NCBI RefSeq assembly: GCF_965278935.1
Contig: NZ_OZ257124.1
Location: 1,831,302 to 1,895,301 of the forward strand
Origin: Brevundimonas sp.
GTDB lineage: Bacteria; Pseudomonadota; Alphaproteobacteria; Caulobacterales; Caulobacteraceae
DNA: 64,000 nt
Reading direction: 5' to 3'
Shown here: positions 1 to 9,053 of the stretch, piece after piece
How positions within the stretch are numbered: position 1 is the stretch's first letter
How the letters are laid out: each line of letters begins with the position of its first letter
Notes under the pieces: generated by a model
Seen by the model: only the letters and a program-made list of their open reading frames with translations
What the model was told of the DNA's origin: nothing
The model's database searches: none
Program-made: the position numbers and the translations under genes

Positions 1-219
1 ATCGGCTTTCTAAACCTCCTGCCCATCCCGGTTCTGGATGGCGGACATCTGGTCTTCTACGCCTATGAGGCTGTGGCGAAGAAACCCGTTGCCGCCAACG
101 TTCAGGAGGCCGGGTACCGGGTCGGTCTTGCTTTGCTGGCGGGTTTGATGTTGTTCGCCACGTGGAACGACCTGCAGAAGTCGAACGTGTTCCAATTCCT
201 CGGCGGGCTCGTCAGTTGA
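1..219 (+). CDS. rseP: RIP metalloprotease RseP, C-terminal fragment (runs off window start)
   Basis: Frame 1 reads IGFLNLLPIPVLDGGHLVFY..., the NLLPxPxLDG motif of site-2 proteases; stop TGA 217-219; directly upstream of bamA. Confidence 0.93.
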   Translation: MGFLNLLPIPVLDGGHLVFYAYEAVAKKPVAANVQEAGYRVGLALLAGLMLFATWNDLQKSNVFQFLGGLVS

Positions 220-236
220 GCCGACGCCAGCCCCCG

Positions 237-2669
237 ATGGTTTCCCGCATGATCCTGAACGACCTCCGCGCCGCTTCCACTACGGGTGACCGCACCCTGC
301 GCAGGACCTGCGCAGCCACGGCCAGCCTTCTGGCGCTTGTCGCGGGCACGCCGGCACTCGCCCAGACCGCGCCCGCCGCAGCGGCTGAGCCGGCTCCGGC
401 CGCCCAGCAGGCCGCGCCATCCGAGACCGGCGTGGTCAACCGCATCATTGTCCAGGGCAATCAGCGGATCGACCAGACGACGGTCCTGTCCTACCTGCCG
501 ATCCAGCCGGGCGACACGATCGATCCGGTCATCCTGGACGTCGCGATCCGGACCCTGACGCGCACCCAGCTGTTTGCCGACGTTCAGATCGGCCTGCAGC
601 CCAACGGCGATCTGGTCGTTCGCATCGTCGAGAACCCGATCGTCAACCAGGTCGTGTTCGAGGGGAACGGCGCGATCAGCGAAGACAAGCTGCGCGAGGA
701 AGTCACCATCGCGCCGCGCGGCATCTACACCCGTGCCCGGGTCCAGGAGGACGTGGGCAAGATCATAGAGCTCTATCGACTGTCGGGCCGCATCTCGGCG
801 ACGGTGACTCCCAAGCTGGTGCAGCTCGAACAGAACCGCGTCGACCTGATCTTCGAGATCGACGAGGGTCCGGAGACCGGCGTCCAGTCGATCACCTTCC
901 TGGGCAACAGCGCCTTCTCCGACAGCGAACTGCGCGAGGTCATGGTGACCAAGCAGACGCAGTGGTGGCGGCTGTTCACCAAGAACGACAACTACGACCC
1001 GGGTCGTCTCGACTACGATCGGGAACAGCTGCGGAAATTCTATACGAACCGCGGCTACTACGATTTCCGCATCACCTCGGCCGTCGCCGAGCTGGCGCCG
1101 GACGACAGCGCCTTCGCCATGACCCTGACGGTCGATGAGGGCGACAAGTACAACTTCGGCGACATCCAGGTCGTCACCCAGAACGACCGCCTCAACGCGG
1201 ACTTCCTGGAACTGCTGCTACCGATCCGCACGGGCGACCTGTACGAGAGCGACAAGATCGAGAGCTCGGTCGATGCCCTGACCTTCGCGGCGGGCTCGGC
1301 GGGCTACGCCTTCGTCGACATCAATCCGACGTATCGGCCCAACCCCGACACCGACACCATCGACGTCACGTTCAACGTGTCGGAAGGCCAGCGTGTCTAT
1401 GTCGATCGCATCAACGTCATCGGCAACACCCGCACCATCGACCCGGTCATCCGCCGCGAGCTGATGCTGACCGAGGGCGACGCCTTCAACCGCACCCTGC
1501 TGGAGCGGTCGCGCAACAATCTGCGGGCTCTGGGCTTCTTCAAGGAAGTGACTGTCGATGAAACGCGCGGCGCCGCCCCGGACCGGTCGATCGTCAACGT
1601 CACCGTCGAGGAACAGCCGACCGGCGAACTGTCCGTCGGCGCCGGCTTCAGCTCGGTCGACAGTTTCGTGGTCAACCTGGGCATCTCGGAGCGGAACTTC
1701 CGCGGTCGGGGCCAGAACGTCGTCGCCCGCGTGGAATGGGGATCGCTGCGCCAGCAGATCGACTTCCGCTTCACCGAGCCGCGCTTCCTCGGCCGCGATA
1801 TCGGCGCGGGGTTCGACCTGTTCCATTCGCGCTACGACTTCCAGGAAGAGTCCTCGTTCGACTACCGGTCGACCGGCGCAGGCCTGCGTCTGACCTATCC
1901 GCTGAACGGCTACAGCCGCCTGTCGACGCGCTACTTCATCAAGGACGACGAGATCCTGGTGCCGGTCGGCTACTGCGGCGCCAACGGTTCCGGTTCGTCC
2001 GCCCTGTGTGAACAGGTCGGCGCTTCGTTGAACTCGTCAGTCGGCTATACCCTGCTGGTTGACCGCAGGAACGACCCGGTGCGCGCGACGCGCGGCTGGA
2101 CCGGCTCGCTGCGTCAGGACTTCGCCGGCCTCGGCGGTGACGTGAACTATGTGAAGACCGAAGTCGATGCGACCGTCTACTACGGCATCACGCCGAGCTG
2201 GATCGTCACCCTCGCGGGCTCCGCCGGCTATGTTTCGGGCTGGGCCGGAGACGCGGTTCGCATCAACGACCGTTTCTTCAAGGGCGGTAACAGCTTCCGG
2301 GGCTTCGAGAACGCCGGCATGGGGCCGCGCGACCTCACGACCAACGACGCCTTGGGCGGCAACTTCTACGCCGTGGGAACCATCGAGCTGACCCTGCCGA
2401 ACGTTCTGCCGGCCCAGTACGGCATCAAGACTTCGCTGTTCGCCGACGTGGGCACCTTGGGCGTGCTGGACAACCGTTACACTCTCGGTACCAACGGCCT
2501 GCCGGACACCTCCATCGCCGACGATCTGTCGCTGCGGGCCTCTGCCGGCCTCAGCGTTCACTGGAAGTCGCCGATGGGTCCGATCCGCTTCGACTTCAGC
2601 CAGATTCTGAGCAACGAAGAGTACGACCGGACCGAGACCTTCCGCTTCTCGACCTCAACCCAGTTCTAA
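237..2669 (+). CDS. bamA: Outer membrane protein assembly factor BamA
   Basis: POTRA repeats (IIVQGNQRID, INVIGNTRT), VRGF-like FRGF loop, C-terminal Phe; start likely ATG 237 or 249 rather than 162. Confidence 0.97.
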   Translation: MVSRMILNDLRAASTTGDRTLRRTCAATASLLALVAGTPALAQTAPAAAAEPAPAAQQAAPSETGVVNRIIVQGNQRIDQTTVLSYLPIQPGDTIDPVILDVAIRTLTRTQLFADVQIGLQPNGDLVVRIVENPIVNQVVFEGNGAISEDKLREEVTIAPRGIYTRARVQEDVGKIIELYRLSGRISATVTPKLVQLEQNRVDLIFEIDEGPETGVQSITFLGNSAFSDSELREVMVTKQTQWWRLFTKNDNYDPGRLDYDREQLRKFYTNRGYYDFRITSAVAELAPDDSAFAMTLTVDEGDKYNFGDIQVVTQNDRLNADFLELLLPIRTGDLYESDKIESSVDALTFAAGSAGYAFVDINPTYRPNPDTDTIDVTFNVSEGQRVYVDRINVIGNTRTIDPVIRRELMLTEGDAFNRTLLERSRNNLRALGFFKEVTVDETRGAAPDRSIVNVTVEEQPTGELSVGAGFSSVDSFVVNLGISERNFRGRGQNVVARVEWGSLRQQIDFRFTEPRFLGRDIGAGFDLFHSRYDFQEESSFDYRSTGAGLRLTYPLNGYSRLSTRYFIKDDEILVPVGYCGANGSGSSALCEQVGASLNSSVGYTLLVDRRNDPVRATRGWTGSLRQDFAGLGGDVNYVKTEVDATVYYGITPSWIVTLAGSAGYVSGWAGDAVRINDRFFKGGNSFRGFENAGMGPRDLTTNDALGGNFYAVGTIELTLPNVLPAQYGIKTSLFADVGTLGVLDNRYTLGTNGLPDTSIADDLSLRASAGLSVHWKSPMGPIRFDFSQILSNEEYDRTETFRFSTSTQF

Positions 2670-2700
2670 GCCCGGGCCCTTTGGCCCTAGAAGGTTACCT

Positions 2701-3279
2701 ATGAAAATCCTCGCTATCGGCGCTTTCGCCCTGGCCTCGCTCGTCGCCTCGACCGCTGTCGCCCAGACCCAAGGCCCACAGAACCCCGGCCCCGCGATTC
2801 CGGGCGTCTGCGTCTATTTCAACCAGCGCCTGCTGGCGACGTCGACCGCCGGTCAGGCCGTTCAGGCTCGCATGGAGCAGCTGGCGACCGAAGTTCAGGG
2901 CGAACTGGCCCCGTACGGCATGTCGATCCAGACCGAGATCAACTCGCTGCAACAGGGCGGCGCCGCCGCTGATCCGGACGGCGCTCGCCGCACGGCCCTG
3001 CAGGCCCGCATCACCGAAGCCCAGACCCTGGAACAGACCCGCCAGGACGAGCTGCGCTACACTCTGTCGGAACAGCGCCGCCTGATCTCGGCCGCCGTCG
3101 AGCCGATTCTGGTCGCCGTCTATCAGGAGCGCGGCTGCGGCATCCTGCTCGACCGGGAGAGCGTGTTCATCCTGAATCCGGCCATGGACGTTACCGACGT
3201 GGTCATCCAGCGCCTGAACACCAGCCTGCCGACGCTGAGCTTCAACCGCCTGCCGGTCCCGGCCCAAGCGGCCCAGTAA
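2701..3279 (+). CDS. skp: OmpH/Skp-family periplasmic chaperone
   Basis: Signal peptide, long helical body, C-terminal 'ILLDRESV...[11 protein letters not shown]'; position between bamA and lpxD. Confidence 0.85.
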   Translation: MKILAIGAFALASLVASTAVAQTQGPQNPGPAIPGVCVYFNQRLLATSTAGQAVQARMEQLATEVQGELAPYGMSIQTEINSLQQGGAAADPDGARRTALQARITEAQTLEQTRQDELRYTLSEQRRLISAAVEPILVAVYQERGCGILLDRESVFILNPAMDVTDVVIQRLNTSLPTLSFNRLPVPAQAAQ

Positions 3280-3289
3280 GGCGCAGGGC

Positions 3290-4303
3290 ATGACGCCCGA
3301 CGCCCGCTTCTTCGATACGCTGAGCCCGCTCGGCGTTGACGACCTCGCGGCCCTGACGGGCGGCGAGGTCGTTCGCGCTTCGGATGTCCGCATCGCGCGG
3401 GTCGCGCCTCTGGCCACGGCCGACGGGCAGGCCGTGGCCTTCTTGGGTGACCGGAAATTCCTTCAGGCCCTGGGATCCACGGCCGCAGGCTGCGTGATCG
3501 TGCCTCGTGAAGCGGTGGAGGCCGCGCCGGCCGGTGCGGCCGTAATCGTATCTAGGACGCCCCAGGCCGCCTGGGCCGCCGCCGCGGTGGCCCTGCACCG
3601 GCCTGTCAGCCTGACCGCAACGGGTGCCGCCGAGGTTTGCGAAGACGACACTGTGGTGATCGAGCCCGGCGTGGTTCTGGGGCGGGGCGCACGGATCGGA
3701 CGCGGCAGCCGGATCGGCGCCAATACGGTGATCGGAACGGGCGTGCAGATCGGTCGCGACTGCGACATCGGCCCGAACGTCACCGTCCGCTTCGCCCTGA
3801 TCGGCGATCGGGTGAAAATCTATGCCGGCGCCCGCCTCGGCGAGGCCGGGTTCGGTGCAGCGGGCGGGGCGACCGGCCCCGTCGACGTGCCCCAACTGGG
3901 GCGTGTGATCATTCAGGACGGCGTGACCATCGGCGCCAATACCTGCATCGACCGCGGCGCTTTCGATGACACGGTGATCGGCGAGAACAGCAAGATCGAT
4001 AATCTGGTCATGATCGCCCACAACTGTGTCATCGGGCGGAACTGCCTGATCGCGGGTCAGACGGGGATTTCGGGGTCGGTGACGATCGGCGACGGCGTCA
4101 TGTTCGGTGGCCAGGCCGGAGTCGGCGACCACTTCAGCATCGGCGCAGGGGCGCGCGTTGCCGCCGGTGCGGGCGTGCTGGGCGATATTCCGTCGGGCGA
4201 GACCTGGTCCGGTTATCCGGCGAAACCGATCCGTCAGTTCTTGCGCGAGATCGTCTGGGTGTCCAAACAGGCGGGGCGCAAAAGAGAGCGGACGGATGAC
4301 TGA
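3290..4303 (+). CDS. lpxD: UDP-3-O-(3-hydroxyacyl)glucosamine N-acyltransferase
   Basis: Hexapeptide repeats, '[23 protein letters not shown]', '[11 protein letters not shown]', 'GYPAKP'. Confidence 0.97.
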   Translation: MTPDARFFDTLSPLGVDDLAALTGGEVVRASDVRIARVAPLATADGQAVAFLGDRKFLQALGSTAAGCVIVPREAVEAAPAGAAVIVSRTPQAAWAAAAVALHRPVSLTATGAAEVCEDDTVVIEPGVVLGRGARIGRGSRIGANTVIGTGVQIGRDCDIGPNVTVRFALIGDRVKIYAGARLGEAGFGAAGGATGPVDVPQLGRVIIQDGVTIGANTCIDRGAFDDTVIGENSKIDNLVMIAHNCVIGRNCLIAGQTGISGSVTIGDGVMFGGQAGVGDHFSIGAGARVAAGAGVLGDIPSGETWSGYPAKPIRQFLREIVWVSKQAGRKRERTDD

Positions 4304-4762
4304 GCCTGGGGTGACGATCGACTACGCCGAGGTCATGCGCCGGCTGCCCCACCGCTATCCGTTCCTGCTGGTGGACAAGGCCGAGGCCTTCGTGGCGAGC
4401 GCCTCGATCACGGGCATCAAGAACGTCACGCACAACGAGCCGTTCTTCCCGGGTCACTTCCCCATCGATCCGGTCATGCCGGGTGTGCTGATCGTCGAGG
4501 CCATGGCCCAGACGGGAGCCCTGCTGATGTCCAAGAGCCTGGACGTGGCGGTCGAGGGCAAGGTCATCATGTTCATGTCCATCGACGGCGTCCGCTTCCG
4601 GAAGCCTGCACGGCCGGTGATCAGTTGCGCATGAACGTCATTGTGACGAAGCAGCGCGGCGACATCTTCAAGTTCCGGGGCGAGACCTTCATCGACGGCA
4701 AACTGGCCGCCGAGGCCGATTTTGCGGCCATGGTGGTCACCGTCGACCAGCCGGCCACGTGA
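4296..4762 (+). pseudogene. fabZ: 3-hydroxyacyl-ACP dehydratase FabZ with a 1-nt deletion near 4616 (probably a sequencing error)
   Basis: 'LPHRYPFLLVD...FFPGHFP..PVMPGVLIVEAMAQ' in frame from ATG 4296 ends at TGA 4634. The FabZ C-terminus '(G)DQLRMNVIVTKQRGDIFKFRGETFIDGKLAAEADFAAMV' continues in another frame to TGA 4760-4762, overlapping the lpxA GTG. Confidence 0.92.
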
Positions 4763-5544
4763 GCGTTCATCCCACCGCCCTGGTGCACCCCGACGCCGTG
4801 ATCGGCGACGGCGTCGTCGTCGGGCCGTGGTCGACGGTCGGGCCGGGCGTCGTCCTGGGCGAGGGGGTCACCCTGGTCAGCCATGTGGTGGTGCAGCAGG
4901 ACACGACGGTCGGCGCCCGCACCGTCATCCATCCGTTCGCCGTGATCGGCGGCGACCCCCAGCACAACGGCTACAAGGGCGAGACCGTCCGGCTTGAGAT
5001 CGGATCGGACAACTCGATCCGTGAGCATGCGACCTTCAACCGGGGCACGCCGCAGGGTTCGGGCGTCACGCGCGTGGGCTCCAACGGCCTGTTCATGACG
5101 GGCGCCCACGTCGGCCACGATGCGATCGTCGGGGACAATGTGGTGATGGCCAACAGCGCGACCCTGGGCGGTCATGCGCGAATCGGTGACAAGGTCTTCC
5201 TGGGCGGCCTGTGCGCCGTGCACCAGAACGGCCGCGTGGGGCAGGGCGCCATCGTCGGCGGTCTGGCGGCGGTGACGCGCGACGTGATCCCCTACGGCTC
5301 GGCCTGGGGCAATCACGCAAAGCTGCACGGACTGAACCTGATCGGGCTGAAGCGGAAGGGCTACGGCAAGGACGCCGTGCGCCGTCTGCTGGCCGCCTTC
5401 CGCGATCTGTTCGAGGGCGAGGGCGTGTTTGCCGACCGGCTGCAGAAGGTAGAAACCGAATACGCCGATCTCGTCGAGATCATGGAGATCGTGACCTTCA
5501 TTCGGGAAGATTCGAAGCGTCCGCTCTGCCTGCCGGGCGACTGA
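4759..5544 (+). CDS. lpxA: Acyl-ACP--UDP-N-acetylglucosamine O-acyltransferase
   Basis: 'VHPTALVHP', hexapeptide repeats, 'IREHATFNRGT', 'AHVGHD', 'GLNLIGLKRKG'. Confidence 0.97.
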   Translation: MSVHPTALVHPDAVIGDGVVVGPWSTVGPGVVLGEGVTLVSHVVVQQDTTVGARTVIHPFAVIGGDPQHNGYKGETVRLEIGSDNSIREHATFNRGTPQGSGVTRVGSNGLFMTGAHVGHDAIVGDNVVMANSATLGGHARIGDKVFLGGLCAVHQNGRVGQGAIVGGLAAVTRDVIPYGSAWGNHAKLHGLNLIGLKRKGYGKDAVRRLLAAFRDLFEGEGVFADRLQKVETEYADLVEIMEIVTFIREDSKRPLCLPGD

Positions 5545-5545
5545 G

Positions 5546-6388
5546 ATGCCGACGCGCGGCCGGCTCGGCCTGATCGCGGGCGGCGGGGCCCTGCCGTTGG
5601 CCATCGCGGCCCGGTGCGAGGCCGAGGGCCGGCCGCTGCTCGTCGTGCGCCTGACCAGTTTCGCCGACCCCCATCTGATCCGCTATCCGGGGCTGGAGGC
5701 CGGCATCGCCGAGATCGGCAAGGTGCTTTCGGCGTTGAAGGCGGCGGGCTGCACGGCGGTCTGTTTCGCGGGGACGGTGAACCGCCCCGATTTCAAGGCG
5801 CTGAAGCCCGATCTGAAGGGGGCGATGGTGCTGCCCGGAATCATTGCGGCGGCGACGAAGGGCGATGACGCCCTGCTGCGCAAGATCCTGTCGGTGTTCG
5901 AGGCCGAGGGCTACGCCATCGAGGGCGCCGATGACATTCTCGGCGGCGAGACCCTGCCGGTCGGCGCTCTGGGACGGATGACGCCCGACGAGGATCAGTT
6001 GTTCGATCTCAGGAAGGCCCTGCATGTCGCGGAAAAAGCGGGCGAACTCGACATCGGTCAGGGTGCGGTCGTCTGTGACGGGCTCGTGCTGGCGGTGGAG
6101 GCGCAGGAGGGCACCGACGCCATGCTCGGGCGCGTCGCGGGTCTGCCCGCAGACCTGCGCGGCGCGGCCGGACACCGGAAGGGCGCTCTGGGCAAGGCGC
6201 CCAAGCCGATCCAGGATCTGCGTGTGGACATGCCGGTCATCGGGGCCCGGACTATCGAGATGGCCGCCGCCGCCGGTCTGGCGGGCGTCGGCGGGGTCGC
6301 GGGCAAGCTGATCCTGATCGACCGGGACGCGATCATCGCGGCGGCGGATCGGCTGGGCCTGTTCGTCTGGGGCGAGGACCGGCCGTGA
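5546..6388 (+). CDS. lpxI: UDP-2,3-diacylglucosamine pyrophosphatase LpxI
   Basis: 'LGLIAGGGALP', 'DIGQGAVV', 'AVEAQEGTDAML', 'KAPKPIQDLRVDMPVIG'; located between lpxA and lpxB. Confidence 0.93.
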   Translation: MPTRGRLGLIAGGGALPLAIAARCEAEGRPLLVVRLTSFADPHLIRYPGLEAGIAEIGKVLSALKAAGCTAVCFAGTVNRPDFKALKPDLKGAMVLPGIIAAATKGDDALLRKILSVFEAEGYAIEGADDILGGETLPVGALGRMTPDEDQLFDLRKALHVAEKAGELDIGQGAVVCDGLVLAVEAQEGTDAMLGRVAGLPADLRGAAGHRKGALGKAPKPIQDLRVDMPVIGARTIEMAAAAGLAGVGGVAGKLILIDRDAIIAAADRLGLFVWGEDRP

Positions 6389-7569
6389 AGATCATGCTGG
6401 TCGCCGCCGAGGCCTCGGGCGATGCGCTGGGCGCGGGTCTGGCGCAGGCGCTGCGGGCGCTGCGGCCGGATGCCGCCTTCGTCGGTGTCGGCGGACCGAA
6501 GATGGCGGCCGAGGGCGTCGATAGCCCCTTCGACATCGCCGAACTGTCGATCCTTGGCTGGCTTGAGGGTCTGCGCGCCTATGGCCGGGTCAAGGCGCGG
6601 GTCGCCGACACCGTGGCCCTGGCGGTGCGCGAGCGGCCCGATGCGGTCGTCCTGATCGACAGTTGGGGCTTCACCATCCGGGTGGCCAAGGCCCTGCGCG
6701 AGGTGCTGCCGGGCGTGCCCCTGATCAAATACGTCGGGCCGCAGGTCTGGGCGTCGCGGCCGGGACGAGCAAGGACGCTCGCGGGCGCCGTCGATCACCT
6801 GCTGGCCCTCTACGCCTTCGACGCACCGTGGTTCGAGCGCGAGGGGCTGGCGACGACCGTGGTCGGGTCGCAGGCTCTGCATGTCGACATGGGCGCGGCC
6901 AATCCGGCCGCCTTCCGCGCCGCGCGAGGCATCGCGCCCGACGCGCGCCTGCTGCTCGTCCTGCCCGGAAGCCGGCCGAGCGAGATTCGGCTCATGACGC
7001 CCGTCTATGAGGCGGCGATCAAGTCGCTCAAGGCCGCCGATCCAGGGCTTGAGGTCGCCGTGGTCGTCGCGGGCACCGTGGCCGACGACGTCACGGCCCG
7101 GATCGCCGCCTGGCCGTTCCGCACCCACGTGGTGACCGAGGCGGACAAGTACGCGGCGATGAAGGCCGCGACCGTGGCCCTGGCCACCAGCGGCACGGTC
7201 TCGACCGAGCTGGCGCTCGCGGGCGCGCCCATGGTCATCGGTTACCGGTTCGCGCCGCTCAGCTATGCGATCATGAAGCCCTTCTTCACGGGCAGGTACG
7301 CGACCCTGTTCAACCACGCGGCGGACGAGGAAATCGCGCGCGAACTGATCCAGACCGACGCGACGCCCGAGAAGGTCGCGGCCGAGGTCGGACGATTGCT
7401 GCGCAATCCGGACGCCCGCGCGGCCCAGACGCGGCGCCAGACGGAGGCGCTGGACTATATGGGTCGAGGCGGCGACGATCCGTCAGCCCTCGCCGCCGAG
7501 GCCGTGTTGAAGGTCATCGCGGGGGCCTCTGGATCAAACGGCGCATCCGCCCTAGATTCCGTCCGCTGA
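6385..7569 (+). CDS. lpxB: Lipid-A-disaccharide synthase
   Basis: 'AAEASGDALG', 'YVGPQVWASR', 'LPGSRPSE', 'ATSGTVSTELA'. Confidence 0.96.
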   Translation: MKIMLVAAEASGDALGAGLAQALRALRPDAAFVGVGGPKMAAEGVDSPFDIAELSILGWLEGLRAYGRVKARVADTVALAVRERPDAVVLIDSWGFTIRVAKALREVLPGVPLIKYVGPQVWASRPGRARTLAGAVDHLLALYAFDAPWFEREGLATTVVGSQALHVDMGAANPAAFRAARGIAPDARLLLVLPGSRPSEIRLMTPVYEAAIKSLKAADPGLEVAVVVAGTVADDVTARIAAWPFRTHVVTEADKYAAMKAATVALATSGTVSTELALAGAPMVIGYRFAPLSYAIMKPFFTGRYATLFNHAADEEIARELIQTDATPEKVAAEVGRLLRNPDARAAQTRRQTEALDYMGRGGDDPSALAAEAVLKVIAGASGSNGASALDSVR

Positions 7570-7590
7570 TCCTTGCTGGATGACCGTCGA

Positions 7591-7932
7591 ATGACTTCTC
7601 CCCGACCGCCAAAGAAGAGCGAGACCCTCGAAATCCGGCTGCCGCACGCCTCGAAGCTCGCCTTCATGGAACGCTGCCGGGCGGCCGGCCTGACCGCCAG
7701 TGAAGTCGTGCGCGGCATGATCGAGAATGAAGCTCCGACCGCCTACAGGGCGCGACGGACGATGAAGGGCTGGCAGGCCCTGGCGGCGGCGGTCGCAGGA
7801 ATCGTCATCGGTGCGGTCGCGGCCCCGTCGATCGCCCAGGCCTTGCCGGGATCGCGCGCGGCCTTCGACCGGATGGACGCCAACCACGACGGCGTCGTCT
7901 CCTTCGTCGAGTTCCAGGCCCTGGTGCGCTGA
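7591..7932 (+). CDS. Small protein: N-terminal ribbon-helix-helix-like segment, hydrophobic helix, C-terminal EF-hand
   Basis: 'KKSETLEIRLPHASKLAFMERCRAAGLTASEVVRGMIE' fits a beta-alpha-alpha pattern; 'ALAAAVAGIVIGAVAAPSIAQA' is hydrophobic; 'DANHDGVVSFVE' is a canonical 12-residue EF loop. Confidence 0.8.
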   Translation: MTSPRPPKKSETLEIRLPHASKLAFMERCRAAGLTASEVVRGMIENEAPTAYRARRTMKGWQALAAAVAGIVIGAVAAPSIAQALPGSRAAFDRMDANHDGVVSFVEFQALVR

Positions 7933-7945
7933 GCCTCGCGCCCTA

Positions 7946-8062
7946 CTAGTCCAAGGCGCAGTAGAGGACGGCCCCCCAGATCGCGACAGCGACGAGAGCA
8001 TATCCGACGCGGTCCCAGAGGGTGCGGCGGGGCGGGGGCGGAGTTTTGTCGAACAGGGGCAT
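7946..8062 (-). CDS. Putative 38-aa single-pass membrane peptide (not in ORF track)
   Basis: Reverse strand reads MPLFDKTPPPPRRTLWDRVGYALVAVAIWGAVLYCALD*; basic/proline N-terminus then a hydrophobic helix; fills the gap divergent from the LysR gene. Confidence 0.55.
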   Translation of the reverse strand: MPLFDKTPPPPRRTLWDRVGYALVAVAIWGAVLYCALD

Positions 8063-8109
8063 CGATCAGGTTCAACCCGAATTGCCTCCGTCCCGAAATC
8101 GATTAAACG

Positions 8110-8136
8110 GACCTCAGTCTGTGAGCTGAGGTCACA
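8110..8136. promoter_or_regulatory. Two overlapping dyads at the LysR start, including a T-N11-A LysR-type site
   Basis: TGTGA-GCTGAGG-TCACA (8120-8136) contains T-N11-A and ends on the A of the LysR ATG; GACCTCAG (8110-8117) and CTGAGGTC (8126-8133) form a second inverted repeat. Confidence 0.6.
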
Positions 8137-9053
8137 TGAAGCCCGCCGCCCCGCCGCCACTCAATGCGCTCCGCGCCTTCGAGGCCTTCGCGCGGCATGG
8201 CGGGATGACCGCTGCGGCGGCCGAGCTCTGCGTCACCCACGGCGCGGTCAGCCGTCAGGTCGCGGCGCTGCAGGACCAGCTTGGGGTCGCCCTCGTCGTC
8301 GGGCCGCGTCACCGCCTGACCTTGACCCCCGCCGGAGCCGAACTCGCCGGGCGGCTTACCGGGGCCTTCGCGACGATCAGCGACGCCGTCGATGCCGCGC
8401 GCCGCGACGAACGGCGCGAGATCGAGATTTCCTGCCTCGGCACCTTCGCGTTGAAATGGCTGATCCCGCGCCTGCCGGGATTCATGGCCCAGCACCCCGA
8501 GATCCGGGTGCGGGTTTCGGAGTCCTACGCCGCCGTCGATTTCGCCAGGACGCGGATCGACGGCGCGATCCGTATCTTCAACCCGGGCCAGGAGGCGAAG
8601 CGGCAGGAGGTCACGCCCTTTCTGCCCCAGTATCAGGGCCCCGTAGGCGCACCCGACGTGACGCCGGCGGGCATGTCTATCGAGACCCTCGGCCGATTGC
8701 CGCGCCTGCACGCCTCGACCTTCCGCGAGAGCTGGGACGTCTGGAGCGAACTGGTCGGGCTGCGCCTGCCGCCGGCGCCTCAGGAGCGAGAGTTCCAGCA
8801 CAACAACTCGATGATCGAGGCCGCCGCCGCCGGGCTGGGCGCAGCCATCGCGCCCTGGGCCTTCGTGGCGCCGGACATCGCTACGGGGCGGCTTGTCGCG
8901 CCTTTCGGCTTCGCCGAGCGGCCGTCGAAGTTCGTTTTCCTGCGACCCGAAGGCCATCCGGACGCCTCCGTCGACGCCTTCCGCGACTGGCTGGTCGCGG
9001 AAGGAGCCGTCAGTCCGGCACCGCCTATTCCTTCGACAGGTCCTGCCGATTGA
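8136..9053 (+). CDS. LysR-family transcriptional regulator (GcvA/AmpR-like)
   Basis: 'PPLNALRAFEAFARHG...AAAAELCVTHGAVSRQVAALQDQLG' HTH; 'KWLIPRLPGF'; 'AAAGLGAAIAP'. Confidence 0.95.
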   Translation: MKPAAPPPLNALRAFEAFARHGGMTAAAAELCVTHGAVSRQVAALQDQLGVALVVGPRHRLTLTPAGAELAGRLTGAFATISDAVDAARRDERREIEISCLGTFALKWLIPRLPGFMAQHPEIRVRVSESYAAVDFARTRIDGAIRIFNPGQEAKRQEVTPFLPQYQGPVGAPDVTPAGMSIETLGRLPRLHASTFRESWDVWSELVGLRLPPAPQEREFQHNNSMIEAAAAGLGAAIAPWAFVAPDIATGRLVAPFGFAERPSKFVFLRPEGHPDASVDAFRDWLVAEGAVSPAPPIPSTGPAD

